Under the pieces are notes generated by a model. That model searched no databases, was not told where the DNA came from, and saw only the letters and a program-made list of their open reading frames with translations. The position numbers and the translations under genes were made by a program. Shown here one piece after another: positions 1-12,300 of a stretch of 64,000 nt of DNA. The stretch covers positions 2,480,001 to 2,544,000 of the forward strand of contig MU054323.1 of the NCBI GenBank assembly GCA_013239625.1, in the 5' to 3' direction. The DNA is from Lama guanicoe (lineage: Eukaryota). Position 1 is the first letter of the stretch. Each line of letters opens with the position of its first letter.

Positions 1-19
1 CGCTGTTTCAACAAAGTGG

Positions 20-275
20 TAGCTTTGTAGGATGAATAAGTCTTGAGATCTAACGTGTACAGCATGATAATAGTTAGTAACAGAGTACTGTACACCGGGA
101 ATTTGCTAAGATAGTAGATTTTAGGTTCACGCACCAGAAAAAAAAAAAAAGAAAGAAAGATAAATATGAGAGGAGAGGGACATGCTAGTGGTCATTATTT
201 TACTATGTGTAATGTGTCAAAACATCATGTTTCACTTCTTAAGTAGATATAATTGCTATTAAAAGTATAAATTTT
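20..275 (+). mobile_element. LINE-1 3' UTR fragment (L1MA9-like)
   Basis: 'ggatgaataagtcttgagatctaacgtgtacagcatg...aatttgctaagatagtagattttagg...aaaacatcatgtt' followed by an A-rich end resembles old L1MA 3' ends. Confidence 0.8.
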
Positions 276-1421
276 AAAAACTTTCTAATACATTCAAACT
301 CTCTGGGGTTTTAGTAGGTTTGTTTGTTCTTAGTGAAACTCTTGGTGCGATGGTGTCGAGCATCCCACAGGAAATTAAAAGCAGCTGAGAGGTTGTTTGA
401 AACTCCTATCTGTCCCCCTTGTGATATTCCTTCTCTCCATCCCTTAAAATGTTAAGAATCTCTTCTCTGCAGTAAATAGAACAAAACGGAGGTGTGCTTG
501 CAGGCCAGGTCAGCGGACCAGCTGGGACTGGCAAGGTCGGATGCTATTGCTGGGATGTGGTGGGGCTCTGTGGCTTTCATGTTTAGAAAGGGGAGGCTGA
601 GAGCGGCTGGACCCTGGAGGAGAGCCGCCTCTTCTGTGGCCTTAGCCTCCCCGTGTGTTTCCTCCTTTCTCCTTTTTCTCCACCCACCTTTCATCATCCT
701 CAGAAGCCCATGTGTGTGAAAAGCAACAGAGGAATGTGGGTGGGTTGACTTGTATAATTAAATCCATGTTGCATCGTGTTCTTTAGAATTAATAAGAAAT
801 TCATCCCATTGAAACTCACCATGACATCTTCCCTCTGACTCAGATTTCTTTTGCATTTCTCTCCTTTCCTTGGCTAAAAGCATTAGACATGGGGCTATGG
901 TTCAAATTAGTATCCTACATTTCTCTCCTCTTTTTTTTTTAATTGAACTTTTCTGTTCAGTAAAGAGTTTAGTTTGTTTATATTTCATTTTTCTTCTGTT
1001 CTATTTCTCCGCCATTGTCTTTTTTCTTTCTCCACTTGGAAAACTTACTCAGCGAAGGAGAAAACAAGCGAGCTCTTCATCTTGCTTTTGATGGCAAGGT
1101 TGGCCAAATTGCGCGGCTGGCCAGAGCTCGACAATCCAGGCGTCATCCTCCGAGGCTCTTCATTCCCTGGACCTCCATATCCTGACACCATGGAAACCAG
1201 GCTCCCACAGATGTCCACTGAGGCCAGAGGGAGCCGTGTCTGTGAGACTCTGAGACAGGGAGACACAGGGAATAAACGGTACTTCTAAATTCCTGGGTCA
1301 TGTTGCAAAACACCTTTTTATTGGGGGTAATAATCTGACTTCATTCCCTTATAAAAGTAGATTTATGTGATGGATACGTGATATATATTTTTCTGCCACT
1401 GTTCTTGTGGGATAGTGGGTG

Positions 1422-1650
1422 TATCAGTTAGGATTAGATTCAACTGTGAGTAACATAAACCCGAAATAACAGTGGCTTAAACCTGATAAAAGTTTTTCCT
1501 CGCTCATGTAGAAGACCGGCTGTAGTAGTTCAGGGCTGGTCTGGTGGCTCCATTCCACAAAGTCTCCCTCACAATCAAGGACCCTGTACAGCTCCGGGGG
1601 TGTGGCCCCCAGCCTCACGGTCCACATAGGTAGTTACATCATCGTCTTGA
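1422..1650 (-). mobile_element. MaLR LTR (MLT1J-like), first piece
   Basis: Starts 'tgtatcagttaggattagattcaactgtgagtaacataaacccgaaataacagtggcttaaac', a typical antisense MLT1 terminus, and continues 'cagggctggt...ggctcca'. Confidence 0.75.
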
Positions 1651-2244
1651 GAACATTCAGATGAACATTCAAAGGAGCTCATCTCCTTCCTCTGTAGGTG
1701 TCTGATCACAACAGGGTGCCTCAGCCCAGCCTCAGGCGTGAGATCTGGGGCTGAGGGTTGAGACCAACACAGGCTTGGGTCTGACTGTGCTTGCCCATCG
1801 GATGTGCACATTTGAATAAACCCCTCACCCTCTATGGGGTTATGTAGAATGTATGTATGTTTTCTCGTACATATAATGGAAATCATACTGTATCTCTTAC
1901 CACAGGATGAGGATACAGGAGGATAACACATGTAAAAGAACTGGCCTGCTGATTAGCATGATAACAAATGCCGTTTTACAGAGCTTTTAAATTTCTTGCG
2001 GAGTGGTTTTTCTGTTTCAAAGAAAACCAATCCCATGTTTAGAGACCTAGGGATAGCACCCCTGAAAGTGGGCTGCGCGTTCTTTACAAGCCCTTCTCCC
2101 AACCAGAAAAGAGAGTTAACAGGACTCAGGCAACCCCATCGGTCGTTCTCCTTCCAGTGAAGCAGGTTTCTCTTTCCTTCTAGTTTTCCTCTCTGGGGGG
2201 TACAGTGGATCGATGGTAAATATCCACTCCCCATTTCTGTGTGT

Positions 2245-2488
2245 TGCGATGTTTTTTCAACTGCAAGTTGAGAGACCCATTCATGGGTTGTGAAAGCAGT
2301 TTAGTGGGTCATGGCCAGCACTTTTTATTGAAAATAAAATGAAACAGAAAAGGTTAGAAAAAAATCAGAGTGCGTCACAAATAATCAATATATCTTTTTC
2401 CTGAAATGGATTTCATATATGTATGTGTGTTCACGTACGTGTATTCTACTTTATAAAGTAAAATGTATTTCCTAAAATGGGCTGTGAA
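2245..2488. mobile_element. hAT-Charlie-type non-autonomous DNA transposon remnant (subfamily uncertain)
   Basis: 'gacccattcatgggttgtgaaagcagtttagtgggtcatggccagca...aatcagagtgcgtcac...gtaaaatgtatttc' resembles Charlie-family MITEs. Confidence 0.6.
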
Positions 2489-2489
2489 T

Positions 2490-2715
2490 CTTGAAAAAGA
2501 AGAATAAAGTGGGAGGAATCACCCTATCTGACATTAAAGCTTACTATATACATACAGTAATTAACACAGCATGATATTTGCAGAGAGATAGGTCCATAGA
2601 TCAACAGAACAAAACAGAGAATCCAGAAATAGACCTCCGTAAATATGTCCAGCTGATTTTTGGTCAAAGTGGAAAAGCAATCCAAATGGAGGAAAATTCA
2701 GTTGGTCTTTTCAAT
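2490..2715 (+). mobile_element. LINE-1 ORF2 internal fragment
   Basis: ORF 2578..2886 reads DRSIDQQNKTENPEIDLRKYVQLIF..KAIQ, matching the L1 ORF2 motif DRHIDQWNRIENPEI...QLIFDK; upstream 'aagaataaagtgggaggaatcaccctatctgac' is also L1 ORF2. Confidence 0.9.
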
Positions 2716-2737
2716 TCGAATGATCTTTTTTTTAAAA

Positions 2738-3018
2738 AAATGGCCCAAGAAGCTTGTCATCACATCTGCATTCTAAGTGGCAGCAAGAAGACAAGAGACG
2801 CCATCACGTGTGCCAGCTGTCTTTTAAGAAAAACAACTAAGAGGTTCCCTTGGGTCTTTATCTATGTTCCACTGGCTGGAGCTTAGTCACATGGCCATAC
2901 CAACGTAAGGAAATGGGCAATGTCATCTTCACTCTGAGCATCACACTCCCCATTAAGATTTTTGTTATAAGCAGAGAAAAACAGATATTGGTCGACAATT
3001 TATTATCTACGCTACACA
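2738..3018 (-). mobile_element. MaLR LTR (MLT1J-like), second piece
   Basis: 'agctgtcttttaag...cttagtcacatggccatacc...gggcaatgtcatctt...gatattgg..gacaa...ctacaca' is characteristic of MLT1. Confidence 0.7.
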
Positions 3019-3089
3019 AAGATGATGCAAGTGTGGAATTTCACCTCTCCTGGACATCAAAATGAAGTTTCTGCAGCGCATATTTGACC

Positions 3090-3592
3090 CCTGATTAAAA
3101 CCTCAGATAGCTCCTTAATGAACACAGAGTGAAGTCCAGACTTCTTTGTAAGGTTATTTAGGTTCTTGAACATTGGACTCAAGCCCCGATTTCCATCCAT
3201 CCCCTGCCCACCGCATCCTCCCAAATGCTGGGACTCCCCAACTTCGGTGATCCTGCTCAGCCTCTTCCCTCACCTGGATTCTACGCCTCTAGCTAACAAA
3301 CAACGCCTTATCCTTGTTGGCCCAGTGAAATTGTCGTTTGCTTCCTCTGATGCCCGTCCTGACTCCTCGAAGCCCGAGGAAGTACCTGTTCCCCTCTCGA
3401 GCCTTTCCTTCCTCTACACGCATGTCAATTACAGCACTAACCACAACTTGCCTGCTTTTTGGTGTTGTTTTCATTCTGTTTTGGTTTTGCTGGGGACCGG
3501 ATGTTCCTCCAGCACAGGGCTTACTTTCCTGATATTCTGTTTCCACAGATCTTGGAATCTCTCCGTCTCCTTAAAATTATTTGTTGAACAAT
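3090..3592 (+). mobile_element. LINE-2 3' remnant
   Basis: 'aaaacctcagatagctcc...gaagtccagacttc' and the terminal 'attatttgttgaac' resemble a degraded L2 3' end. Confidence 0.5.
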
Positions 3593-4039
3593 TGAGAGAT
3601 TTCTCAGGGTCAAAAAGTAGAAAGAAGGAAAAAGTGTCTCTTTACAACAGGTGTGCTTTGAATGGACAGAGCTGGTATTTCACAGCTTTAGTTGTGAAGA
3701 AATAATCTGTGCATAGAACTGCTTAAAAAGGCTAAGGTGAAATGGATGATTCTTCGACACCTTGAGATTCCTATTTTACAGAAGTGAGCAAGTCAGGTTC
3801 AAAGTAGATTACGGGAGAGACCTCCGGGACCTCGTGTTCCCTTAGTGGGAGCACCTGTCTGCCTGAGGGAGGGAGATGGCTTCAGAGTTCAGCATTCAAA
3901 GACAGAGTGGCAAGGACAACTTCAAAAAAAAAAAAAATCATTCCTCTAGCTACATATTTGGAAGAAAACCCTCTTCTCTCTAAGGGAAAACGTAAGTTTT
4001 ATTCTTGGAAGCCATGCCTTTTTTTTCTTTTTTTTGCAT

Positions 4040-4470
4040 ACAGAGTATTTTATATTCTATTATTATTGCTTGTAAATTTGTGCTCGACAACCTTTACATC
4101 AATAAAATTTATTTTATTTGGGGGGGGCATTTAAGTAGTAAAACTTTATACTCATTGAAGAACATCTCTCGATTTCTCCCTTCCCCCAGCCCCTAGCAAC
4201 TACCATTCTGCTCTCTTCCTCTATAAGTGTGATTATTTTAGATTCAGCAGGTAAGTGCAATCATGCAGTATTTGTCCTACTGTGACTACCATATTTCACT
4301 TAAAATAATGCCATCCAGGCTCATCCACATAGTCACATATGGCAAGATTTCCTTTTTTGTTGTTGTTGTTCAGGCTGAATATGTCCATTGTATGTATATA
4401 CCACATTTTCTTTATCTGTTCATCCAGTGATGGACATTTAGGTTGTTGCCACATCTTGGCATCTTGTGAC
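4040..4470 (-). mobile_element. LINE-1 3' fragment (L1MA/L1MB-like)
   Basis: 'ccccagcccctagcaactaccattctgctctc...tcatgcagtatttgtcc...ccacattttctttatctgttcatccagtgatggacatttaggttg' is antisense L1 3' end. Confidence 0.9.
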
Positions 4471-4604
4471 TAACGCATGCCCCTTTTTTTGAATGAAATA
4501 CCACGTGACGTTCTTCATCAGTAACAATCTTCAAGTGAAACCCTGCTGTTAATTGGCCTTCATGCGCCTCAGTTCCTTAAACCTGTAACATTCAGACCCC
4601 CTCC

Positions 4605-4919
4605 TATGGCAGGGACGTTTTTGGTTAATTGACCTGCATGTACTCCTTTACATTTCTCATCTTCTAACTGGATCAGGACCATGTGACTTATTTCAGCCAA
4701 TCGGCTGTGAACGGAAGTGTTGTAAGTCACGTCCTGTGATGATAGGTAAGATCCAGTGTCTCCTATCTTTGTCTTCCCATGAAGGACACCTATCCCAGAT
4801 GACCTAGCTGCAAGATGGAGGAAGATTTTACATGAGTGTGAAATAAAACTTCCACATGTTAAGCCACTGAGACTGGGGAGTTTGTTGTAGCAGGTAGGAT
4901 TAATAACCATGACTAATAT
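4605..4919 (+). mobile_element. MaLR LTR (MLT1I/J-like)
   Basis: 'ggaccatgtgacttatttcagccaat...ggaagtg', 'aataaaacttccacatgttaagccactgagactggggagtttgttg' and the end 'gactaata'. Confidence 0.8.
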
Positions 4920-5087
4920 GCTGACAGTGTAAGGCTCTTAGGAGGATTAAACAGTTCATTTAAATAAAAGCTTGAGCACAGTGTTTGAGAGAAATCTACA
5001 TGGCTATATGGTGAAGTAAGGATGCCATTAGGTAATAAAATGGTTACATTGAAAGAAAAATGTCTAGAAGACAGGAAGCCTTGGTTC

Positions 5088-5360
5088 TAGAGTCATGGAA
5101 CTTTAGGCCTGGACCTAGAAGTCATTTAATCTAATATTTTCTAAACTTGTTTGACTATAAACATCAGGTTCTCAGGAGAAATACAGATTTCAAGGTCTTG
5201 CCCCCCGTTACAATGAATCATAATCTCTACGGGAGGTTTCGATCACAATTGTTTTGTTGGTTTTATATGGAAGGAAAGTGAGTCACAAGAGCTTGATGAC
5301 TTTCCTAAGGCCACAGAGCTGATTATTTAGCACACTGAGATTAGGACCCAGCTGCCACGA
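5088..5360 (-). mobile_element. MIR remnant interrupted by a MER5-like hAT fragment (about 5135-5235)
   Basis: MIR-like 'gaaagtgagtcacaagagcttgatgactttcctaaggccacagagct'; MER5-like 'aaatacagatttcaaggtcttgcccc...tgaatcataatctct'. Confidence 0.5.
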
Positions 5361-5812
5361 AGCCTAATGCTTTACTTCTGGGCTCACATGCTAATGTTCT
5401 AATGGAGTGAGGCCAAGACTGACCCTTTGTCCCCCTTTTTCTGATAAATCATGTCAAGACCTGCAAATGATTTTACCCCTTAACAATGAAAAGAAGATGT
5501 AATTTTAAAATTACCTTGGATGTACAGTAAAAGCAGCATTCCCATAATCAATCATCCAAAATCACGGGGTTATTTGGAGCTATTTGAAGGAAAGTAAATT
5601 GAAAACATGTTGTTAAACAATGCACCAAAGAGTTATCAAATCATAAACATCTAGATTACTTTAACATGTTGATTATTCCACATTTAGGGTCTCCTTACAA
5701 AGTAACTCTGGCCATGAAGAGACCTGGAAAATTCAATGAATCTCTTCCTAAGTTGTTAACTGTATTGGGTTCAACCACTTGGCCATGTGGGAACATATGT
5801 TAAAGTGAAAAA

Positions 5813-5814
<2 letters not shown>

Positions 5815-5849
<35 letters not shown>

Positions 5850-5857
5850 GACAGACA
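5815..5857. repeat. (CA)n microsatellite followed by (GACA)n
   Basis: Seen directly. Confidence 0.97.
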
Positions 5858-6999
5858 TACTTTTTGGAGCTATTATTCTCACTTTCACTAAGCAGAAGAC
5901 ACGGAGGCCTGTTATTAGGACATGTCTCTGAGGGTAAAGAAATAGCTGGGGGAACGCAGTGGTATAACATTGAACACATTAAAACCTATCTGGAACTTAG
6001 GAAATCAAATATACAGACATTCCATAATGACCCCTGGGTTTTAGCATAATTCCTGAACCTGAAAATTCATAACTAAATAACGGCAGCACATTTATGACAT
6101 AAAATGCCTTAAACCATTTGTTTATTATTATATGTGGATTTCAAGTTTTATGTTTAAGAAAATTGAAAGCCTAGCCTTTTCCTCCCCCTTGGAGGGGCGA
6201 TACACCAGATACCACTGAGAGTCTTTGTTTTTCTCACTGGGAGAGAGCTAAACCAAGGCTGAAATTTACGTCAAGGCATCTATTTGGTTATCAAATCTAC
6301 GATCATACACTCGTGTTAAACTAAACCAAATTAAATTAATCTTTGTTGAAAAATAAATGATGTAATTCCTGGAGGATCCTGTTTTACTCCCAGGATGGTG
6401 TCCTGGTTTTTCTAAGTAGCTTATATGAAAGCAAAGTCTGAAATTGCCCTTGAAACTGAAAAGAGGAAATTGCCTTGAGTGTGGCAGGTGTCTAGAAGGA
6501 GTCCCTACCCATGAGTGATCTGTGATCTAAGGGGTCATCATTCTAGGACTAAATTATATATGCATTCTTCCTGAGGCCGGATGCAAAGTCTGAACTCTAA
6601 AATTAATCTAGATGTTATTTCTTCTTTGAGTTCTAAAATGAGCCCAGGGAAGATTAGAAGTCATTCATCTGACTGCGAATCACAGTGCATCCTCTGACTT
6701 TTCTTGGAATGGATTCCTTATGTGGACGCAATGCGAGCTGAATTGCATCTGGTTATTGTTTCTAGAGAACTCTGCTGAAATTCAAACTGAGCCTGTGTAT
6801 TGTGAGCTGATTTACAGCGCCTGCCCATATGAGAACCAGAATGGGACTGGGAGCTGTGACAACCAGGAGGTTACACTGAGGACTGGGTCCATATTAAAAG
6901 GGCATGGCTCGGGGGCCGGGAGGAGCAAATGCGATGTTCTCCTGGGCAAAGAAGCCTTCTCTTAGGGCTCTGATAACAGCCAGGAGGGAGAAAGAATGA

Positions 7000-7230
7000 C
7001 AGCAGCACGGTGGAAAGAAGACAGAATTTGAAATCAGACATAGCTGAATCTTAATCACGGCTCCACCATGGAGGAGATAGGTGATTTTTAAGTAAGTTTT
7101 GTGACTACTCTGAGCCTCAGCTTGCCTGCTGGCAAAACAGTAATAATAGTGGTCTTAAAATAAGCCTGCCTATGGAGTTGTGAGAATTAATGGGAGGCTT
7201 CATGCCTAGTATTTAGCATCTGGGAGGTCA
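7000..7230 (+). mobile_element. MIR SINE
   Basis: 'gtggaaagaagacagaatttgaaatcagac...ctctgagcctcagcttg...taataatagt...gttgtgagaattaa'. Confidence 0.75.
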
Positions 7231-9059
7231 AGGAAAAATAGAAAAGTGGTAAATCTTCAGTAATCTCATCGGCCACCAACACACACTGAACGTTTATTAT
7301 GTGTCCACCATTTTACCACCATTGATGCCAAGCACACACCTGGCGTTAGTGGACACTCAATAAATCCATCATGAAATGACAAAATGATGACTGGAGCTCT
7401 TTCAACGTTGACTATCTTTGGCCACGAAAAGAGACAGGCAAGACCAGAGGGGAGTGCCCATGCGCTGGTGCTGGGGGCCCCCAGTGCCTGCACAGCTGTG
7501 GGTTTCTGGGGGGACGGCCCTCTCATTTCCTTGGTTCCCTGCCCTTCTGTGAATGGCCTTACCCCTGCTGCTGGGGTGGGGGGTGGGTAGACCTCATTGA
7601 GTGTTTTGTGGTCTTGCTGCTTCTGAGTCCAGGGGGAAAAACTGAAACACAAACTAAAAATGTCAAGTTCGATTCTGCTCCTGGAGTTCCCGAGGGCTGG
7701 GCAGAGGGTTTGTAGTTTCACCGCAAGCATTTACCAGGGCGCACACTTTGGCAGGACTGAGTCTCCAGATAGCCTAACCTCTGCAGACCCAGAGTGCAGC
7801 TGAGCCTCAGGGGTCATGGAAGGGGGAGGTTCTGGGGGGTCCTGGAAAAGACTAATTCAACTTGGGTTCATCATCCTCCAACCCCCCAGTGTAGCCCAGG
7901 CTCACTTGGTTTCTGGTTTCAAAATGAAATTTTCACACGGCCCAAATCTCAACCCACCCCTAATTTAAAGAAACAGGCCCTTGGCATGTGATCCAGATAG
8001 ATCAGCAGTTGCTCACATACAGCTGTGCACATCTGGCACACAGGTATGTGATTTTGCACGAAGATAAATTGTGTGGGGACCAAATGCACAGTTGTTAAAC
8101 TAAAAATGAATCGCTCCTTGGAAGCAATCTTCCTGCACAGCAGGGCCTCTGCGTGAGCTTGATCTTTTTCATTAGGCCCTTCTCAGAAAGCACAGCTTTC
8201 TCCAGAAGGTCTGTGGGTGAAGGGAGGGGCATGCCAACACCTGCAGTTGGCTGTCTGCTGCTCCCTTCAAATCCGAACTTGGACACAGCCTCTGACAGCC
8301 GTGGTCAGGCAGTCCTCCCCGGGGAGTCACCCCCAGCCCAGGATCAAGGAAGAGGCCAAGTCCTTCCGTGGTACTGCTTCACTTTCCATAAAGTGTATTT
8401 TGCCCGGGGCTGGTTCTTCAGTGGGGAGTCCTTTTGTGGACAGTTGCTGATGGATTCCGGCCCTTCACCAAACTCGTTGGACCAAGAAGTCCACCTCCCT
8501 TGGGAGCCTTACGGAGTTAATGGCATCCACCCACTGGGAGCAGCTTGTAACTCAGGGGAGAACATCACGCTCACATGATCTCCAGATCAGAGAGCTCCAC
8601 TTCAAGATGCTTCACTGGCCTGGAGGAGAGGAAAAATTGGCTCCTGAGCTAGGCAGCCTCCCGGACTCCGCAGAGCACTGCTCTTCTGACTCAGTGGGCT
8701 CTATGACGAGGCCTTGGTGTCGAATGCTCCGTTCCAGGCTCAGTTTCACAATTCCAGCAATAGGAAGTTACTAGTTATGGGCACAAATGAGTCAACAATT
8801 TTGAAGGAGAGTCTTTCTGTCTTTTTTCCATGGGATGCTCACACAAGCGATGGTCTACCAAATTGATCTATATTCTTGTTTCTCAATATCTTCCTCTCTC
8901 TCAGTCCCCCTTCCACCCTGATGTTTGTCTATTTCTTTCTCACAGAGGGAAATGCAATCAGCATCTTATTCTACGTGAGTCAGAGTAGTAGATTAGCATA
9001 ATATCCATTTCTGCAATGTTGCATATGCTGTTTTTGTCTAAAATTTTATATCCTTTCCC

Positions 9060-9320
9060 CAGCTTGCTGAGCCCTGGATTATTCTTTATAGGCCTCACCT
9101 GTTTTATGACTCCTGCTCATACAGGAGATGACTACTCTCCATGCTACCATTATACTTCATGCATACCTGTCTATTAACACACGTCAGTTTTGTGATCATC
9201 CGTTTATACATCTGCGTTCCCACCACACTGTGGGCCTCTCCACAGCAAGGACTGTCTAGTTTTTTCTATTTCCAACACTGAACCCTGCTCTGATAAATAA
9301 ATACGTGCCAAATGAATATC
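9060..9320 (+). mobile_element. LINE-2 3' remnant
   Basis: 'cactgtgggcctctccacagcaaggactgtctag...aataaatacgtgccaaatgaat' resembles the L2 terminus. Confidence 0.5.
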
Positions 9321-12300
9321 AGAATGGTTCCTTCTTTCCTTGACATCATTTTGTTTCGACCCAGGTATTCCCAGTTTGCGAACTCCACGATAGCCCAGTA
9401 TGAGAATGCAAAGTGCCTTCCGTAAAGGTGACCTGGATGTGACCGAAACCAAACAGAAAACAGCCACATTCAGAGGTAGCCTGCCATGGCCAGAATTATC
9501 TTTTGGTCCTGACCAGGGACAAAATAAGAAGGAACAGATGAGCGAGTGAGAGCAGGACAGATTTTCTTTGTTCTTATTGTAAGAAAATGTGAGTACCTTT
9601 AGACCTTCCTGCTGGGACCCAGGTGTGTGCAGAGATGCACTTCACGTGGTTGCCGCTGAGGGTATTCAGGGTCAGCTGCTGTGAGAGCTTCCCGAAGGGC
9701 TTCCAATCCAAGACCCATCACCAGCAGCGCCTCCCAACACACTGTCCCTATTAGCACGTTCCATTTTGCCCAATTGTCCAGGCTTGCCTTGGACTGGTGG
9801 TTTATAACTCTGTGAAACCTCAGAGTGAGCAAAAGCCTTCGGGGGAACGTCTGTCGTTTGCAGAACATAACCTAAATTCTACACTTACGTGGGGACAGAA
9901 AATTGGGAAGAATTGACAGCATGTATGTCTGTTGATTTACTATATGTGTGTGTGTATGCCCGTTTACCAGCTGTTTTTCCATTCAACTTTTAGGAATACA
10001 ACCCAAAAGTACTCACCAAAATGAATAACTGATGAGTTTGTCAATCCCTCTCCTCCTGGTAGAAGAGTTTTATCTCAGGGTCCCGCATGATACTAAAATC
10101 CCATGTCTCAGGAAAGAGGGTTTCTAAGGAGAGTTTCCCATGATTTCCCACCCAGACACGGAAAGCCCTGGCACTGCCCAAGGTTGCTCCTTCATCCCTG
10201 TCCTTCACCTTCCGTGCCCTGGTCCCTCCTGCCGAGCCTCTGCCCCAGGATCCCCTGAAGCAGCATCACCTCTCTCCCCACACGGTCCGCCTGGGGGCCG
10301 GGGACCAAGCCGCCGTAGGGACTGTCCTGTTCCTTACAACGTGTGGGGAGAGACACAGCCACCTGGAGTGGCGGAAGGAGATCTTACCGCTTCTGCTGAA
10401 AAATACATGCTGAAAAAGTAACCCTCTGAGGAGGGGACCGGATTCGACCAGGCAGTCATCTAGCAACTTTCTGCTCTTGCTGTCACGCACAGCGCCCCAT
10501 CGGTATCAGCCCGCGTTTCCAACTGAGGGAGGAAGCAGCCCGCGCGCAGCCGGACGACGACCTCCCGTCCACTGCGCCCTGGCCCCGTCAGAGCTCTTGC
10601 ATGATAAACTGAAAGACGTTAAGGCTTGCTCTGGAAGGCAAGGGGACGAAAGTGAAGCTGTCGGGGAAGGGAAGCCAGACTAGACTTGGAATTAAGAAAC
10701 TGGAAACTCACCCAGTTTTTCCCTCTGCTCCCTCAGAAAAGTCCCTTACCTTCTCTGAGCCAGTTTCCTTCATGACAAAAAAAAAAAAAAAATCAACTGT
10801 ACCCATCTAGTTTGCTTTAGTTTTTATCGTCTCACCTTCTAGGATCTCGACAAAATTGATTCCTTTAGAGAACCTACAGTTTGCGTTTCCATAGCTAGTA
10901 TTCTGTCTTATCTTTTCTTATTTTTTTTTTCAGGGATTTGTCCAGAAAGATACTGTTGGGCTGGATTTCCTTTCAGTCCAATGGCCAGTTTTGCTCTCTA
11001 GAAGCCCCTGAGCCTGGGTGGGCCTCGCCCTCAAAGCCGAGTCTGTTTTCATGTTTGGGTTACTGATCCGCCTAGAGTAGGTATTCATGAAACACTTGCT
11101 AATGAAAATAATCGCCCTTCTTTTAAAACCAACATTGAGAAACGTTCTCTTTAAAAGTTCAGTCAATACGGAAAACCCCCCCCACATCCGGTGTTTAAAA
11201 GCAACTGGTCCACTGAATTGTTTTCTGAATTCGTTCTCCTGCGTTGATAAGGAGATTCCAGTTATCAGCCAGCTTTGCTGGACTGGGAGAGCTTTAGGGC
11301 ACTGATAGTGAAAGGCCCGTCTTCCAGATTTTCCTGGCATTTCTGACATTCTTCAATCATATCTTTTTATCCGGACCACATCGTTCCAGACCTCCAAGAC
11401 CAGTCTCTTTCTTAGGAAACTGGCTAAATCTTGTAAGCTTCTCCCGTCTGTCTCAGGGAGCACGGCGATCCTGGAGTGTACCACGTACAGGGTGTGTGTG
11501 AAACCCTGCCTCAGACAGGCAGGGGGTCAGCAGTTCTGTGTTCCTAAGGCCTTTGATTAGCACCTAAAAGAGCAAGACACCTTCACAGAAGAGCCCACGA
11601 TGTGAAGTGCTGTTGGTTTTCAGCACTCATTTCTGACTCCAGTCATGTGTATGTGAGCCCCTAGTAACTTCTCACACCTGGAATTCAACTCCCAACAAAC
11701 AAGTAGGGATCCTAAAAATGTTAAAGTAGGCTGATGCAGAGCGTTCTCTTCTTCATTTCCAGTTGTTTGTCCTCACCTTGGTAGTATAACCTTCTCTCAA
11801 AATACACAAGATTATGCCACACGTATCACAGTCAAAATTACTTTCTGGAAAAACATTCTGTAAACCCATTGTGATAAGTGTGGATGACTGAAGGAGTCTT
11901 CAAATGAGAAACGGGGGTGGGTGGTGCCATGGTAGGGACACAAGCCTTAAACTAAAGGGGCCATGAAGTCACACACAGTGGCCTTTGGCAGAGGGACGGG
12001 CACAGGAGCCTGCATTACCTCTGGGAGGCGGGAAACACGGGGGAGTCAGGCTCTGCCATGCTGGGTAAGGAGAAGGTCCGGTGAACTAAACCCACTCAGT
12101 TCTATTAACAAACCCTCAGCGAAATTGGAACATGTTTCTCCAGTGAGCCCACTGTCTTGTAACAGAAAGCAATCCGAGTTTCTCCGCTGGCCCCGCACCT
12201 CCTGTCGGAGCCAGCTTCCTGAGATGCACATCCTTTTGGCAGGCGACCCCACAGCCTTCCGGAGGAAGTGTGAAGTGCGCCTCCCAGAGGGGGACTGGGG

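Noticed and set aside
3166..3705. 179-aa ORF on the plus strand
   Set aside because: Non-ATG start, overlaps a degraded L2, no recognisable domain.
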